Notes: generated from the letters alone by a model not told the origin. DNA of 64,000 nucleotides from a virus (IMGVR_UViG_2531839402_000001); one strand, 5' to 3'. Positions 49,006-59,352 are shown, counted from the first letter of the stretch. Numbers and translations are program-made.

Positions 49006-49254
49006 TTACAGAGTGCTCGCAAAAGCAGCAAATTCTGTATAGCCGCCGATAGGTTCACCATTAACGAACACCTGCGGTATGGTTTCCACCGGTTTGCCAA
49101 CCAGGTCGCTCAACTTCTCTTTGTCGATGCCGGCAGACACAATATCGATGTATTCGTAATCGCCAAAGCCGTGGCCGTACAGCTGCTTCGCCAGCTCGAC
49201 CGCACGTTTGCAGTATGAGCAATTATCGCGTCCGTAGATAACGACCTTCATCAC
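49006..49254 (-). CDS. Glutaredoxin (NrdH/Grx-like)
   Basis: VVIYGRDNCSYCKRA CxxC active site; 82 aa. Confidence 0.75.
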   Translation of the reverse strand: MMKVVIYGRDNCSYCKRAVELAKQLYGHGFGDYEYIDIVSAGIDKEKLSDLVGKPVETIPQVFVNGEPIGGYTEFAAFASTL

Positions 49255-49616
49255 TTCACCCCGTGCAGCTGCTGCTTGAGAAGATAGCCTTCCAGGGGCC
49301 AGATTTTGGCAATTGCGTTCTGGCGTGCAATTTTACGCCCGATCTCCGGATCAAAGTTCTCCGGGCTGGCGCACGCAGACTCGCCGGTTACGGTGTAGCC
49401 GTTCTCCAGCACAAGAACGCAGAAGGTCAGCAGTTCGAGTGATTGCGGGGCCGGTTCAGGCTCTTCCTGCTTCAGCCACAACGGTGAGCTGCGATATCCG
49501 TCCGCGCCGGTAAAGTAAAACTCGCCTGAGATAACAGCTTCAATGCGTTCCGGGGTAACACGCGCGGCCGTTTTGCCTTTGGCCACAATCTCGTTTTCGA
49601 TATCCATATCGGTCAT
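49251..49616 (-). CDS. Hypothetical protein
   Basis: 121-aa ORF overlapping the glutaredoxin start by 4 nt. Confidence 0.4.
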   Translation of the reverse strand: MTDMDIENEIVAKGKTAARVTPERIEAVISGEFYFTGADGYRSSPLWLKQEEPEPAPQSLELLTFCVLVLENGYTVTGESACASPENFDPEIGRKIARQNAIAKIWPLEGYLLKQQLHGVK

Positions 49617-49631
49617 TTTGGTTTCCTTACA

Positions 49632-49835
49632 TTAAAAACGAGCGATCCGGGCACGAAGAATTATGTCATACGCCTTCATCGTGTCCAGCTGCTTAATGAG
49701 GATGATGCGGTCGACATACAGCAGGCGAGCAAACTCGTCGCCGGTAATGTACGCCTCCAGTTCTTGTATGCGGCCACACAGTTCTTCGTGTTCATCCATA
49801 ACACGTTTCTGGTGTGGCAGGTACTCTTTGGTCAT
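49632..49835 (-). CDS. Hypothetical small protein
   Basis: Start MTKEYLPHQ chosen to avoid the long overlap with phoH. Confidence 0.3.
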   Translation of the reverse strand: MTKEYLPHQKRVMDEHEELCGRIQELEAYITGDEFARLLYVDRIILIKQLDTMKAYDIILRARIARF

Positions 49836-49845
49836 TGGCTTTCCC

Positions 49846-50619
49846 TTACTGATAGGCTTCCAGAGCGACTTTGCATAGCTCAGAACGCACGCAGTCTTCG
49901 GCCGCAAACTCAATAAGGCCAACATGGGAGGAAGGTTTAAAACGCTCCAGTGCATCTTCCAGACCAGACTTAACATTGCCAGGCAGGTCGCATTGCGTCA
50001 CATCTCCGTTCACAATGACGGTTACGTTCTCGCCCATACGGGTCAGGAACATTTTCATTTGTGACGCTGTAACGTTTTGCGCCTCATCGAGAATGACTAC
50101 AGCGTTCTCGAACGTGCGCCCACGCATGTAAGCAAAGGGGGCAATCTCTACTTTGGCCACCTCTGGCTTTAAGCAATATTCAAGGAACGAGCCACCCAAA
50201 CGCTTCTGTAGCACGTCATAGACGGGCCGGAAGAACGGAGCGAACTTCTCGCTCATGTCGCCCGGAAGGAAACCCAGATCTTCTTCTGCTTGCAATACCG
50301 GACGCGTCACGATGATCTTCCCGACTTCCTTATCCAGCAGACGCTGCGCTGCGACGGCAGCAGCCAGGTAGGTCTTGCCGCAACCGGCTTCACCAGTGGC
50401 GAACGTCAGAGGTTTGGTATCGAGGGAGATAAGATAGTGGGCCTGGGCCTCGTTACGCGCTTCGATGGGAGAGTTGTCGCGTTTAGGTTTTGGTGGCAGA
50501 GTAGGGGCTGCAGCCAGCTCGTCAACGATGATTGTGTCAATTTCGTAGCCGTGGATGCGTGGCTTTGACTTCAGTGCCTGACGAGCTGCGCGACGCGCCT
50601 GTTTACGTTTGTTTCCCAT
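49846..50619 (-). CDS. phoH: PhoH-like ATPase
   Basis: Walker A GEAGCGKTYLAAA and PhoH core (IIVTRPVLQAEEDLGFLPGDMSEK...VVILDEAQN). Confidence 0.75.
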   Translation of the reverse strand: MGNKRKQARRAARQALKSKPRIHGYEIDTIIVDELAAAPTLPPKPKRDNSPIEARNEAQAHYLISLDTKPLTFATGEAGCGKTYLAAAVAAQRLLDKEVGKIIVTRPVLQAEEDLGFLPGDMSEKFAPFFRPVYDVLQKRLGGSFLEYCLKPEVAKVEIAPFAYMRGRTFENAVVILDEAQNVTASQMKMFLTRMGENVTVIVNGDVTQCDLPGNVKSGLEDALERFKPSSHVGLIEFAAEDCVRSELCKVALEAYQ

Positions 50620-50739
50620 ATTGAGTCCTTTCAAGTGAGTCACTGAAAGAACTATACCCGTAAATAATAGGTAAGTCATTACTTATTATTTGTGGTTCTG
50701 GACATCCCCATCTAGGGATGGGAAATCCCATCCAACGGC

Positions 50740-52131
50740 TTATGCTTCATGTTGCTTTTTGAGATCGCTTCTAGCATAGCTCCACTCAATAATGTTGTCG
50801 GGTCGTTGCTGATCGAAAAGGATTCGGGATTCAATACCATTACCTAAAAAGCTGGTATGCCCATCTACGTAAGAAGCTATCCCTTGCGAACCAACATGAA
50901 GAATATTTTCTAATGGTTGTTTTGTTCTCGCCGTATTGCTAAGGAGAAATAAACCTGGGTACGCTTTGTTAGCACGGTGAAAAAAAAGTTCATTGTCAAA
51001 ACACATGACGATGATTATTTGTCCCGACATGAGATCGGAGAGCATTTCAGTTGGCAGATGCAAACTCATAAATGGCCGAGACAAAGGGTCAAAGAATGAA
51101 TCGTTTATATTCACAACAGGGCTTTTTATATCGAGGCCATCCATCCATCCATTGAAGGCAACAAAACCCATTTTAGAATCACGGTACATACCTAAGAACA
51201 AACATTCATCAATAGTATCAATTGCCCAATTTTTTCCTCCGCGAATAATCTCCCACATTTTAACTAAACGGTGGGTATAAAACTCAGATGGATGGTCTAT
51301 CTCATCGATTTTAACTTTAGATTGATGAAGATTGTCAAAGCCCTCGCCAGTATTAATCGCCTCCAGCACATTCATACCACGAACGATTTGCCTTTTTATG
51401 CGATTAAATTGCTTAACATCATTTTCAGGCATATTGCTAATGAAGTTTTCTTCAAAGTTCGGACACTCTGAGATAACAGAAAATTCGGCAGCTTCATAAA
51501 GCTCATTATTCTTTTTGCCTGTTTTAACTTCCACGAGTTGAAAGCCATCCAGTGGATTAAAGGTGACTAAATCCCCCACATGAACAAATGTACTCATGTC
51601 AGAGACAATCGCTACGGCGTGTTTGTCCTGATTGATAAGATCGGCTGCGACCATAGAATCAATTATGTTATCTTCTGATAGATTGTCGTTGCCTGTATTA
51701 ATAGGTAAACGCCGCAAACTCGAGTGATCTTCATCAAGTATGCTCCAAATTAGTGAGTCAATACAACGGCGAAGAATAAGAATTTCAAATTTTTTTAAAT
51801 TTATTTCATCAATACACTTTTCTTTCTTTTCTTTATCCTTGTTTCGATGATGCTCTTTTTTTTCAACTTCCAATTTTTTTATATCTCGCAACCGAAAAAT
51901 AATCTCAAAAGATATAAGTTTCTGTGCGTCTTTCCAATTTTTGAGACAGATTTCATACTCTTCAAGAAAAATTTCATCATTGGAAGGTTGTTCTTGAATT
52001 GGGTCTTCACCCCTTATCATTTTGGCAAGTGAATGCAGTTGAAATACAAAGTGAGGTGATAAAATTGTCCAAAATTTTCTAAACGGTTTGTATTTTTCAA
52101 TAAAAGTTGATTCGTCAGTATAATTTATCAT
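50740..52131 (-). CDS. Hypothetical 463-aa protein; possible PD-(D/E)xK-like core; partner of the AbiH-like gene
   Basis: AT-rich codon usage. Central VHVGDLVTF...FQLVEVKTGK resembles a D...ExK nuclease core (weak). Lys/Glu-rich helical N-terminal region. Confidence 0.45.
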   Translation of the reverse strand: MINYTDESTFIEKYKPFRKFWTILSPHFVFQLHSLAKMIRGEDPIQEQPSNDEIFLEEYEICLKNWKDAQKLISFEIIFRLRDIKKLEVEKKEHHRNKDKEKKEKCIDEINLKKFEILILRRCIDSLIWSILDEDHSSLRRLPINTGNDNLSEDNIIDSMVAADLINQDKHAVAIVSDMSTFVHVGDLVTFNPLDGFQLVEVKTGKKNNELYEAAEFSVISECPNFEENFISNMPENDVKQFNRIKRQIVRGMNVLEAINTGEGFDNLHQSKVKIDEIDHPSEFYTHRLVKMWEIIRGGKNWAIDTIDECLFLGMYRDSKMGFVAFNGWMDGLDIKSPVVNINDSFFDPLSRPFMSLHLPTEMLSDLMSGQIIIVMCFDNELFFHRANKAYPGLFLLSNTARTKQPLENILHVGSQGIASYVDGHTSFLGNGIESRILFDQQRPDNIIEWSYARSDLKKQHEA

Positions 52132-52220
52132 AACTAAACTACCTCTTATCTATTTTTCTTAAGGTACAAACTGCCAGCCTTATTTTTTTACACAATTATA
52201 GTTATAATGTGAAGTCTCAT

Positions 52221-53093
52221 TCAGATATCTTCATACTGCACGTAAGAAATATTTGAGTCTCTGACATCATAATCTTCTAAGCTGCCTGACTTTTCCTCAC
52301 CTCTATATAAAGCAACTATCCATCGAGCATTTTCTTGGATGCTTTTATTTATTTCAGCGAAGTATTCACCGTCAACTTCGGCAAGCGAATGGCCTAAAAC
52401 AATGACCTCATCCACATTTTTAAGCGACGAGAAAAAAACGCTCTCTTCTTTAATTATGTTTTCGCTGGGCTTGAATGTATTACCGAAGTATTCGTCTATG
52501 CTGTCGTATGCTTCTGCTATTCTTGTATCTTGATCCGGCCCTATATATGGATTTAGTGACTTTTCAACCCTAAAACTGTGACCTAGTATGAGATCGTCAT
52601 CGTAAATACAATTGCCGTGAATATGCATGATTTGCGCGTCTGGAACGGCATAGATCTGCTGCAAGGTATTGGTATAATTAAATGAAAAATAGAGGCTTTC
52701 TCTTGATATGGGCGGGATGTATTGCTCAGAATTGCAAGCATCGGTTATGTTAATCCCTTTAACCCAATCAGCGAATTGCTCCTTCAAGCGAGCTGACAGC
52801 ATCCGTGTGATTTTATCTACTTCATATTGGTAATCGTGATGATAGGCATCGCTCCAATCATCGGTATTGTACGAAGCCAAAAACATCTCACTGTTTTGAA
52901 GGATAAGCTCATAATCAATTGCGCCTAAAGCACTTTCTAACTCGTTCCATTCGTCTCCAGCAGGCAGGTATTCTTCTATCGCGTCATATAGTTCTTGGTC
53001 ATGTTTTGCTACATACGACTTAAAGTGCTTGTATCCTGTTGGCAAGCCATGTCGAATATCAAATCCGTTTCCTATTATGTAAAGCCTCATCGT
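52221..53093 (-). CDS. AbiH-family abortive-infection-like protein
   Basis: N-terminal MRLYIIGNGFDIRHGLPTGYKHF matches the AbiH signature (LxIIGNGFDxxHGLxTxY). AT-rich. The start is chosen at this motif rather than the longer track ORF. Confidence 0.55.
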   Translation of the reverse strand, partial: TMRLYIIGNGFDIRHGLPTGYKHFKSYVAKHDQELYDAIEEYLPAGDEWNELESALGAIDYELILQNSEMFLASYNTDDWSDAYHHDYQYEVDKITRMLSARLKEQFADWVKGINITDACNSEQYIPPISRESLYFSFNYTNTLQQIYAVPDAQIMHIHGNCIYDDDLILGHSFRVEKSLNPYIGPDQDTRIAEAYDSIDEYFGNTFKPSENIIKEESVFFSSLKNVDEVIVLGHSLAEVDGEYFAEINKSIQENARWIVALYRGEEKSGSLEDYDVRDSNISYVQYEDI

Positions 53094-53385
53094 TTTTCCC
53101 TTAGTCGAATGGTAAAAAGATACTAACCGACTAAAGAAAAACATAAAACCAAAAGTCGCTATCAAATACAACCACGAATTTTCAATCTGACTACCAACCT
53201 CCATAGACGCAAAAAAGGGGCCGAAGCCCCTTTGGAATTTGCGCTAAAAAGTGTTGATACAATGCTAGGAATCAATGGTTAAGAACGTCTGCCGTGTCTA
53301 TCACAGCGCTGAACGGTCTGGCGACATTTGCGGAGTCTTTCCGTTCGGACGGTGGTGGCGAACTCCAAACCGTTCAGCGCTGTGT

Positions 53386-53460
53386 TGGCGATGGTGGGTG
53401 GACTCGAACCACCGACCAGTTGATTAAAAGTCAACCGCTCTACCACTGAGCTACACCATC
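53386..53460 (-). tRNA. tRNA-Lys (anticodon UUU)
   Basis: Cloverleaf folded by hand: acceptor GATGGTG/CACCATC, D-arm GCTC-AGTGGTA-GAGC, anticodon arm GTTGA-CTTTTAA-TCAAC, T-arm GGTGG-TTCGAGT-CCACC, discriminator G, encoded CCA. Confidence 0.8.
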
Positions 53461-53900
53461 ATTATTCGCGGCGGTACTTGTTCATGGACAACCAGGCAAC
53501 CAAGAACTTTCCCGCAACTTGCACTTTACGTTAGTGCCAGACGAGGCTTGTGGCTCGCTCACATAGAGCGAAGATCTGGAATCCTTCTCGGCGGTTGATG
53601 GCCGCCAGACTCTTCGATCTTATTGGATGTATGGAATCATCCATGTTGTGAAACCAGGGGCTACATAGGCAACAATGATTTCACCAGAGGGTTAAAGAAT
53701 CCTGCTTTCACAACGTTGAGGCCACTGAACCGATTTATGTTCGACCCAACATATTGATCAGTCACTACAGCTCTGTGGAATCACCTGTATGATTAAAAGA
53801 AAAACAGTGACCTCAACGTTGTGCGCTGGCTAACCAAGCCAGCCGGGTTACGTCGCCGCTTTTAACCCAAAATAAAACGACATAAGTAATGGAAATGACG

Positions 53901-53975
53901 TAACAGGATGGGCGGTCAGCTGTCTGAAACCGGGATGATGGAATGGAATGAGGAAACCAGCCGCCCATCCTGTTA
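53901..53975. other. 15-bp perfect inverted repeat (taacaggatgggcgg / ccgcccatcctgtta) with 45-nt loop in an ORF-free region
   Basis: Seen directly in sequence; lies within a 1.26-kb stretch without ORFs >60 aa. Confidence 0.4.
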
Positions 53976-54470
53976 CTTCATCGAATAGGGCATGGGTGGT
54001 GCAACATGCCCTATCCTGCGTTCTGCAAGGGGTGAGTTTGGAGATCGGAAATTATTGTACGTTAAGCCTGTTTTTTGAACAGATCGCGCTATCGCAATAG
54101 GGTGTACTCCTGCACTATACGGCATTTAGCCTGTATGTTTGGGTAATGAGAAAACCTAAATGCGACAGCGTGAGCGCAATAACTTAAATGCGATAGTCAG
54201 TGACAATAAATCAATCAGTTACCAATCAGAAACGGTTAAATTATGTTCTTAACGTACAATAATTTCCGTTTCCCAAACCGACCCCTGCAATCACACTCGC
54301 TCAGTGTGTCCCATTTCGGTGACGAGGCTGGAAACTGACCTCGCTGGTGTTTGGCTTCTTAGGCTACTGCCAGGTACGTATCTTCGTTTGCAGTTATATT
54401 TAACGTTCAAACAGTCGCGTCTCAACGAAAACAAATGAATCTTATACATAATAGATAAGTAAGTAAATAC

Positions 54471-54776
54471 TTATTTTTCTGTAACTCGTTCAGTTGCTAT
54501 CTTTTTGATCAAGCTCACCTTCTGTTCTGGCGTTCTCGTGATGATGGCCGTAAAACGCTTCGCTTGAATAGTGATAGTTTCGTTCTCCTTCAGTTCGCCG
54601 TAGTGAGTCTCCAGCAGAGAACCCAGGCGCCACAGACCGTCATCTATGCGTTTATGGCTGGCAAATCTGATCAGCAGTAGCTTTACGATTAACTGACCAA
54701 TGTAAAAGGCATATCCGAAGCCGGCCGCCACAAGGTAGGTTGCCAGCCACCAGTCGAATGAGGTCAAATTGCTCAT
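54471..54776 (-). CDS. Small membrane protein
   Basis: 101 aa with an N-terminal hydrophobic helix pair. Confidence 0.4.
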   Translation of the reverse strand: MSNLTSFDWWLATYLVAAGFGYAFYIGQLIVKLLLIRFASHKRIDDGLWRLGSLLETHYGELKENETITIQAKRFTAIITRTPEQKVSLIKKIATERVTEK

Positions 54777-54924
54777 TTCTGCACTCCCGTCTCGTGAACA
54801 ACCCGATACAGACGCTTACCGATGCGAAGCGTTTTGGTTTTCAGTTCCTGCCTGACCAGATCGCGACAGATACTGAAGCCGAGGGCCACGCCCCCAGCAA
54901 AAGATAATAGGATGTATGGAATCA

Positions 54925-55137
54925 TCAGAACGCCCCCGCCTCAGTCAATTGCTGCAACAGTGAGTGTCCTTTTTCAGTGAGTTGATAGTTCTCCACACAT
55001 CCCTTTGGCGAAACGTTAGCGACAAGATTCATACGTTCCAGTTTGGCGCGGGTCTTTGGCTTCCAGTTGGCATAGAACTCCTTCCACTGGCTGATTTCAC
55101 GCAGAGTTTCTTTCTCCCGTTTACTTAGCATGATCAT
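54925..55137 (-). CDS. Hypothetical small protein
   Basis: 70-aa ORF. Confidence 0.4.
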   Translation of the reverse strand: MIMLSKREKETLREISQWKEFYANWKPKTRAKLERMNLVANVSPKGCVENYQLTEKGHSLLQQLTEAGAF

Positions 55138-55296
55138 CCTTAATATCCTTCAGTGTGTACGTGATATCTACAATGCGGTAAATGCGGCCACGTCTCTGCA
55201 TGACACCGGCTTTTACGTAATCGTTGATGCAGCTGGACGTAACCAGACTGCCGATAACAATGCCGACGACCAAAAATACAATCATCCAGCCGAGCA

Positions 55297-56619
55297 TCAG
55301 TCTTTATCTCCAATACGGTCTTCGGTATCTCGCAGACATTTCGGCCACTTCAGACGTGGGTGGCGTAAGCTACCGTCTGGCGTTTTCTCATGGCAGTGAA
55401 CCTCAACGATGCGTCCACGATACTTCTCCTGATTGTTCCAGATCTCATCCAGGTACTTATGCTTGATACCGCTGGCACGAACGATGACGCCGTTCTCCAG
55501 ACGAATCACTATCTTACCCAGCGTATGCGCAAAGCCAGAGTCCGGGTCGCCTGGCTCGAAGTCGATGATTTCACCGTCTTCGGAATCCTCGTCTTTCAGC
55601 TTCCACCAGCTGCGGGTGCGTTTGAACTCGTAAACAGAATCCGGATCTTTGCCCATCTCCCCCTCTTCGTTCTCGTCCAGGCGCTTCATGAAGCGTTCGA
55701 TAAAGTCTTCATGGCTATGGATGATGTAGAACGGATGCAGGTGGACATCTTGCGCGTAATCTTCCCCGCAAGTGTTGCGGAACAACGCCACCAGCATAGC
55801 CAGGCGCTCTTTCAGCTTCATGCCGGTCTTCAGGTACTCTTTGCTTTTTGCCTGAGCACGCCACTCCGGTAAGAAGAAATCGAAGATGTGGTAAACGGCA
55901 CCAATGGCTTTCACGTTCTTCTTGCGAAGTGCCGACACGGACTGGTTGAACGTACCTGCAGTACCCTCACCATCGAAAAAGATATGCTTGAAACCGGAGA
56001 GTCTGCCTCGCTCAAGCATGGCTGGTTTAAGGTGATCGAGTGACGTAATCGGATTGCCGGTACGCGTCAGGAAGTTCACCTCTTCCTCGTCAACGATGAC
56101 TTCGCAGATAACCCGGAGACCATCGAGTTTGAGGCTGCCGATCATTGGCCACTTGGCCTTTGGATTTGGTTTAAATGGGTATTTGTCGCCTTTCTCCTTG
56201 TACGGAGACGCCAGCTGTACCTCAAACTTCGGAATTGGGTTTTCGAACACCTTGTTGCACAGGCTGATACCGACGCCGGCTTTCGGATCTTTCAGCAGGA
56301 AGCGACGAAACACGTCCTGCCCGTCAGCGCACATTGAGGCAACGAGTGATTCGACAGCAGTAATGGCCGCGTTCCCGGTCAGTTCGCGCGCCGCCAGCTT
56401 CTCCAGCAGCTCGACTACCTTCTGGTCGCTGGGTACGGAAGTATCGAGTGGCTCGGCCACTTTGTACTTCTTCACACCGAATCGAATGAATGGGTTGAGC
56501 ATTAGCGAGACCATGCTCTGCTCAAATTCATCAAGGTTGGCCAGTGCCTCTTTCTTGGCGTTGGTTCCCATCGTTTTTATGGCATCCAGCTTGTGCTTTA
56601 GGGCGATCAGTTTTTCCAT
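55297..56619 (-). CDS. ATP-dependent DNA ligase
   Basis: Adenylation motif I (SLKLDGLRVI), motif IV-like (IFFDGEG), motif V-like WWKLK. Confidence 0.8.
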   Translation of the reverse strand: MEKLIALKHKLDAIKTMGTNAKKEALANLDEFEQSMVSLMLNPFIRFGVKKYKVAEPLDTSVPSDQKVVELLEKLAARELTGNAAITAVESLVASMCADGQDVFRRFLLKDPKAGVGISLCNKVFENPIPKFEVQLASPYKEKGDKYPFKPNPKAKWPMIGSLKLDGLRVICEVIVDEEEVNFLTRTGNPITSLDHLKPAMLERGRLSGFKHIFFDGEGTAGTFNQSVSALRKKNVKAIGAVYHIFDFFLPEWRAQAKSKEYLKTGMKLKERLAMLVALFRNTCGEDYAQDVHLHPFYIIHSHEDFIERFMKRLDENEEGEMGKDPDSVYEFKRTRSWWKLKDEDSEDGEIIDFEPGDPDSGFAHTLGKIVIRLENGVIVRASGIKHKYLDEIWNNQEKYRGRIVEVHCHEKTPDGSLRHPRLKWPKCLRDTEDRIGDKD

Positions 56620-56625
56620 TAGTGT

Positions 56626-57141
56626 TTAACCTCCATCGGTCGCTCGGGAGTTTTCATGTGTTTTTTTGGTTGCTTCTTCAATGAGTGCCGCGTACACGTC
56701 AGTGACGGGCGCCAGTGAATCGGTGGACGTGGTTTCGGGTTTGGCTGATTCTGTTTTCTTCGTGCGTTTAACCAGACTGTTAATCGTCATGGTGTTGCGC
56801 TTCCGGGTAAGCGTTCTGGCGTGGTCGTTTTGCTCTTCCACTTCTTTGATAAGCGCAGCCATATCGATGAAGTAGAGTTGTTCGCCTTTGCGGATCTCTT
56901 CGACCATCATCTTCAGCGCCTGGCATTTTCCAGCAGCAATGGCCGCAGCGCAGGACTGGAACGATGTAGCCGGGAGACGCTTCTCTTTGTAGGCGAGGAT
57001 GGTGTGCTGGCAGACTGTATAGCTGCAATGGGCCTCATGGCCGTTGATCTTCACTTCCGGGCAGCGCAGCGAATAACCGTTGTTTCCGGAGATAGACGGG
57101 ATTTTCGACAAATCTGTTCTTGTGGACATGCTTCTAACCAT
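56626..57141 (-). CDS. Hypothetical protein (Cys/His-rich N-terminus)
   Basis: 171-aa ORF; a palindrome copy abuts its start codon. Confidence 0.4.
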   Translation of the reverse strand: MVRSMSTRTDLSKIPSISGNNGYSLRCPEVKINGHEAHCSYTVCQHTILAYKEKRLPATSFQSCAAAIAAGKCQALKMMVEEIRKGEQLYFIDMAALIKEVEEQNDHARTLTRKRNTMTINSLVKRTKKTESAKPETTSTDSLAPVTDVYAALIEEATKKTHENSRATDGG

Positions 57142-57209
57142 AGTCGTGTACTTACTTATTGAGCGCAGTTTAAAAAAGCCCCACCAGGGGCTAAATGGTT
57201 TATCGAGGC

Positions 57210-58004
57210 TTACCAGGTCGCCCAGCCAGTCATTTTGTCCTGAGCGGCTTCGAACCGGTATGGCTCCAATAAATCGTTGGCATGGTGGACGGCGTAGGAT
57301 TTTGCCTCCTGTTTAATCATCGGCAGCTCGTTGGCCAGGCGTGCCACCTGCCCTGCAAAACTGGCGAGTACACCGTCACATGCTTGACCCGCGTCGACAA
57401 TGATGCGCACCAGGTCTAAGTCGCTGCGGCACATATCGCAGATGATGCCGTATTCCACCTCACGAATGCGCTCAACGGCTTTTTTGGTATCACCACTGAC
57501 CACCAACTCCAGCAAACCAGGTGGTGTTGTCAGATCTGTAACGCGTTCGGTAACTTCAGGCAGTTCGACAATGCTCAGGAACGCCGCGATGGACGGGTCA
57601 TCATCTACACTGGCTCTGCCTTTGATCGCGCGAAGAGTCGCGTCGACAATATCCTCAAACCGTTCACCTTCATCGCACACCGCCTGATTGGTGTAGACAA
57701 CGCGGCCGTCGTACCATGCACCGGCGCGTACTTCTATCGTTGCATCTTTCATCTCGCGAGTGAACGTGACGAGTGCCGCGCGTTTCTGCTTAACACCAGG
57801 CAGCTCCGGGGACTCTCCAAAACGAACCCAGACCTGCATGTACTTCGAGCCTTCCGCAAGAGGTGCGGTACTCACAGACGTGGCGATGTGTTCCAGCGCA
57901 GTTTGGATCGCCTCATCGATAATGTTCTGGCGCTCTCCTGTATCAATTTCTACGCTTGATTTGTCGATAATTTCGGTAACGGACTTCTGAATATCTGCTT
58001 TCAT
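57210..58004 (-). CDS. Hypothetical protein
   Basis: 264-aa ORF. Confidence 0.45.
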   Translation of the reverse strand: MKADIQKSVTEIIDKSSVEIDTGERQNIIDEAIQTALEHIATSVSTAPLAEGSKYMQVWVRFGESPELPGVKQKRAALVTFTREMKDATIEVRAGAWYDGRVVYTNQAVCDEGERFEDIVDATLRAIKGRASVDDDPSIAAFLSIVELPEVTERVTDLTTPPGLLELVVSGDTKKAVERIREVEYGIICDMCRSDLDLVRIIVDAGQACDGVLASFAGQVARLANELPMIKQEAKSYAVHHANDLLEPYRFEAAQDKMTGWATW

Positions 58005-58084
58005 AAAGGTTCCTCAATTCCTTCTTCGCGCATATTCTTACAGAAAAATAAGTATGTATCTACTTATCATTAGCGGCGTGCAAT

Positions 58085-59206
58085 TTATACAAGAGCTTTA
58101 ATGCCGAGTACCTTGCTTTGTAGCTCCAACTGTCTGGAGTACGGCTTGGCACGATAATAGGCTTTGAGGATCTGCTCTGGCGTCGCGTCGCCAGGGTCGA
58201 GACCTTCCTCGCCCAGACAGGCCACTTTGACATTTAGTCCGATGCTGGTGAGACGTTTGGCCGCCGACATGGTGTTGCGAATTGCTTGTTTCTCGCTATC
58301 CCACATCATGATGACGTTGCGTAATCCACGCGCCTTGAGCGTCAGGAACGCGCCCAACTGATCTTCAGCGTCCTCATTCATATTTCCGGACAAGTGCATC
58401 CCGAACGTGCCAATTGGCTCCACGTAATCACGCAGCGTCTCTTCGTCGAAGATGGCTCGCTTCACGCCCATTACGTCAAATGCCCCTTCACACACAACGA
58501 CCGTTTGCTTTCCGACTGCGTTGTGGCCGTTGTAGAGAAACTTGCCCGACGCCGGCAACTGCATTGGGAAGAGATATCGGCGTTCTGCTGCGCCGGTGAC
58601 GTCACGCCCCTGGAATGTCTTCATCACCCCATTCAGATCGTAAATCGGTATCAGGATGCGCATATCGAATGCCTGCCCTTTAACCTGATCGGTATATGGG
58701 TCGACATAAGCATGTTTTCCCTCGACGCAGTAACGCAGGTCAAAGTATTTGGCCAGTTCCGGGCTAATGTTCCGCTCAACAAGATAGTCCGGCAGCCGAC
58801 CGTCAATTGGTAGTTCATAATGCCGCGGTAAAGCCACCGGGCCTTCAAGTTCCACAGCACTGGCCAGCACAACCTCTTCTTTTTTTGGCGCCCAACCTTG
58901 AGACAGGAGTGCGTTATGTACGTATTCCTCGAAGGCACGACGAGACTTACCGCTGTAGTGTTTGAGGAAAACCAGCTTATTAAATTGAATTTCTTCTGGG
59001 TGATCACCGGCGAAGCATTTCCCGACGTTGTTGGTCAGGTTGAAATAGACCTTCCAGTTAGTGCTTCCACATACCGGACATTCTTTGATATTCACTTCGC
59101 GGCCGCGGGCGCTTACACCGCCGCGACGATAGATGATGCCTTCCATATCCAGCCATTGTTCGAAATCCAGCTCGGACAGTAACTCTTTGAGGTCACTCAT
59201 TGTCAT
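58085..59206 (-). CDS. DnaG-like DNA primase (zinc ribbon plus Toprim)
   Basis: CPVCGSTNWKVYF...GKCFAGDHP zinc ribbon; Toprim-like VVVCEGAFDVMG; DxD (MWDSE). Confidence 0.7.
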   Translation of the reverse strand: MTMSDLKELLSELDFEQWLDMEGIIYRRGGVSARGREVNIKECPVCGSTNWKVYFNLTNNVGKCFAGDHPEEIQFNKLVFLKHYSGKSRRAFEEYVHNALLSQGWAPKKEEVVLASAVELEGPVALPRHYELPIDGRLPDYLVERNISPELAKYFDLRYCVEGKHAYVDPYTDQVKGQAFDMRILIPIYDLNGVMKTFQGRDVTGAAERRYLFPMQLPASGKFLYNGHNAVGKQTVVVCEGAFDVMGVKRAIFDEETLRDYVEPIGTFGMHLSGNMNEDAEDQLGAFLTLKARGLRNVIMMWDSEKQAIRNTMSAAKRLTSIGLNVKVACLGEEGLDPGDATPEQILKAYYRAKPYSRQLELQSKVLGIKALV

Positions 59207-59352
59207 TTACCGCAGTTTTTAAAAGGCAATATCTTGATAAGCCTCGTTTTTTGAATACCATAAAGGCTCATGTGTTTTTCCTTTTGTGATTAAACAAAAG
59301 GTAATTTTTAAGGGCGTGGGGCTGTTATCCGTCTTTGCCCCACGCCTATTTT

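Noticed and set aside
53386-53460. tRNA-Lys as the attachment site of an integrated prophage, with 46603..47709 as its integrase
   Set aside because: The integrase is ~6 kb away and on the far side of core phage genes (grx, phoH). The tRNA is intact with encoded CCA, and no direct repeat of its 3' end was found nearby. A phage-encoded tRNA in an insertion hotspot is the more economical reading.
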